A stretch of DNA of 64,000 bases from the human T2T-CHM13v2.0 reference genome, Homo sapiens: NCBI RefSeq assembly GCF_009914755.1, contig NC_060931.1. One strand, 5' to 3'. Below the pieces are notes generated by a model. It saw nothing but the letters and a program-made list of their open reading frames with translations. It searched no databases and was not told the DNA's origin. Below are positions 63,570-64,000 of this stretch, one piece after another. Both the position numbers and the translations under genes were made by a program. Within the stretch, counting starts at the first letter, position 1; each line of letters opens with the position of its first letter.

Positions 63570-63700
63570 TAATGGTTTGGATCTCTGCTGTCCATGTACC
63601 AGCTGTGTGAACTTGAACAAGTCCATGATCTCTCTGTAACTGGCATCTGTCTTCACAGGGTTGTTTTGAGGTTTTTAATACATGCAGAATGCCCCTTAGA
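63570..63700 (+). mobile_element. MIR core fragment
   Basis: taccagctgtgtgaacttgaacaagtc...ctctctg...cacagggttgttttgagg. Confidence 0.6.
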
Positions 63701-64000
63701 GTTCAGGTTTAGAAACTTAAATATTACACAATTGTTTGGGTTTTAGTGAAAAAAAAAAAAAACCTAAACCTTGATATTTTAGGAAAAAATAGGCTAGAAG
63801 ATAAAGAACATATTACTTTATAGTCATGATAATACATTTGCAAGTTTATGTTCTCATTCACTTACTACCTATGATCATTCAAAAAGCATCTATTGAATGC
63901 CTGTGCTGCTCCAGGAGTGGCAATGAGTCATCCTAAAAGTAGATTATTCTACCTGGAGACACCGAGAAAAAGAACATTTTTGAACCCGGTCAAATTTTTG

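Noticed and set aside
63080-63646. Minus-strand ORFs with faint RNase H-like words (FDGCS, TQAA, IADS)
   Set aside because: Motif spacing is wrong, the catalytic Glu is missing and part overlaps a MIR; an HMM search of the translated region would settle it

Overview
Primate (very probably human) AT-rich non-genic DNA made up mostly of transposable-element fossils. I find no credible intact protein-coding gene, RNA operon or CRISPR array. The supplied ORFs are decayed L1, HERV-L, THE1 or Alu frames, (TA)n artefacts, or chance ORFs. From 4.9 to 23.1 kb there is a nested stack: an old L1MA5-like LINE contains a full-length L1PB, which contains a HERV-L/MLT2A1 provirus whose 3' end was later deleted. 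The same host LINE also carries L1PA2, MADE1, MSTB, L1PA7 and AluY insertions. Further along are a complete THE1B element, many MaLR LTRs, DNA-transposon MITEs, L2/MIR fragments and Alus. Four things stand out: (i) three sense-strand LTRs with intact DUX4 motifs and splice donors upstream of candidate + strand exons, a possible early-embryo or FSHD-type lncRNA unit; (ii) several templated-insertion or template-switch scars whose donors can be traced inside the window; (iii) an old U6-L1MB chimeric retrocopy; (iv) L1-mobilised oddities, namely a MER41-LTR poly(A) stub and a shortened AluJ with a non-Alu 3' end. Subfamily names come from recalled consensus sequences, not database searches, and many boundaries are approximate. 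I see no evidence for a wholly new biological system.
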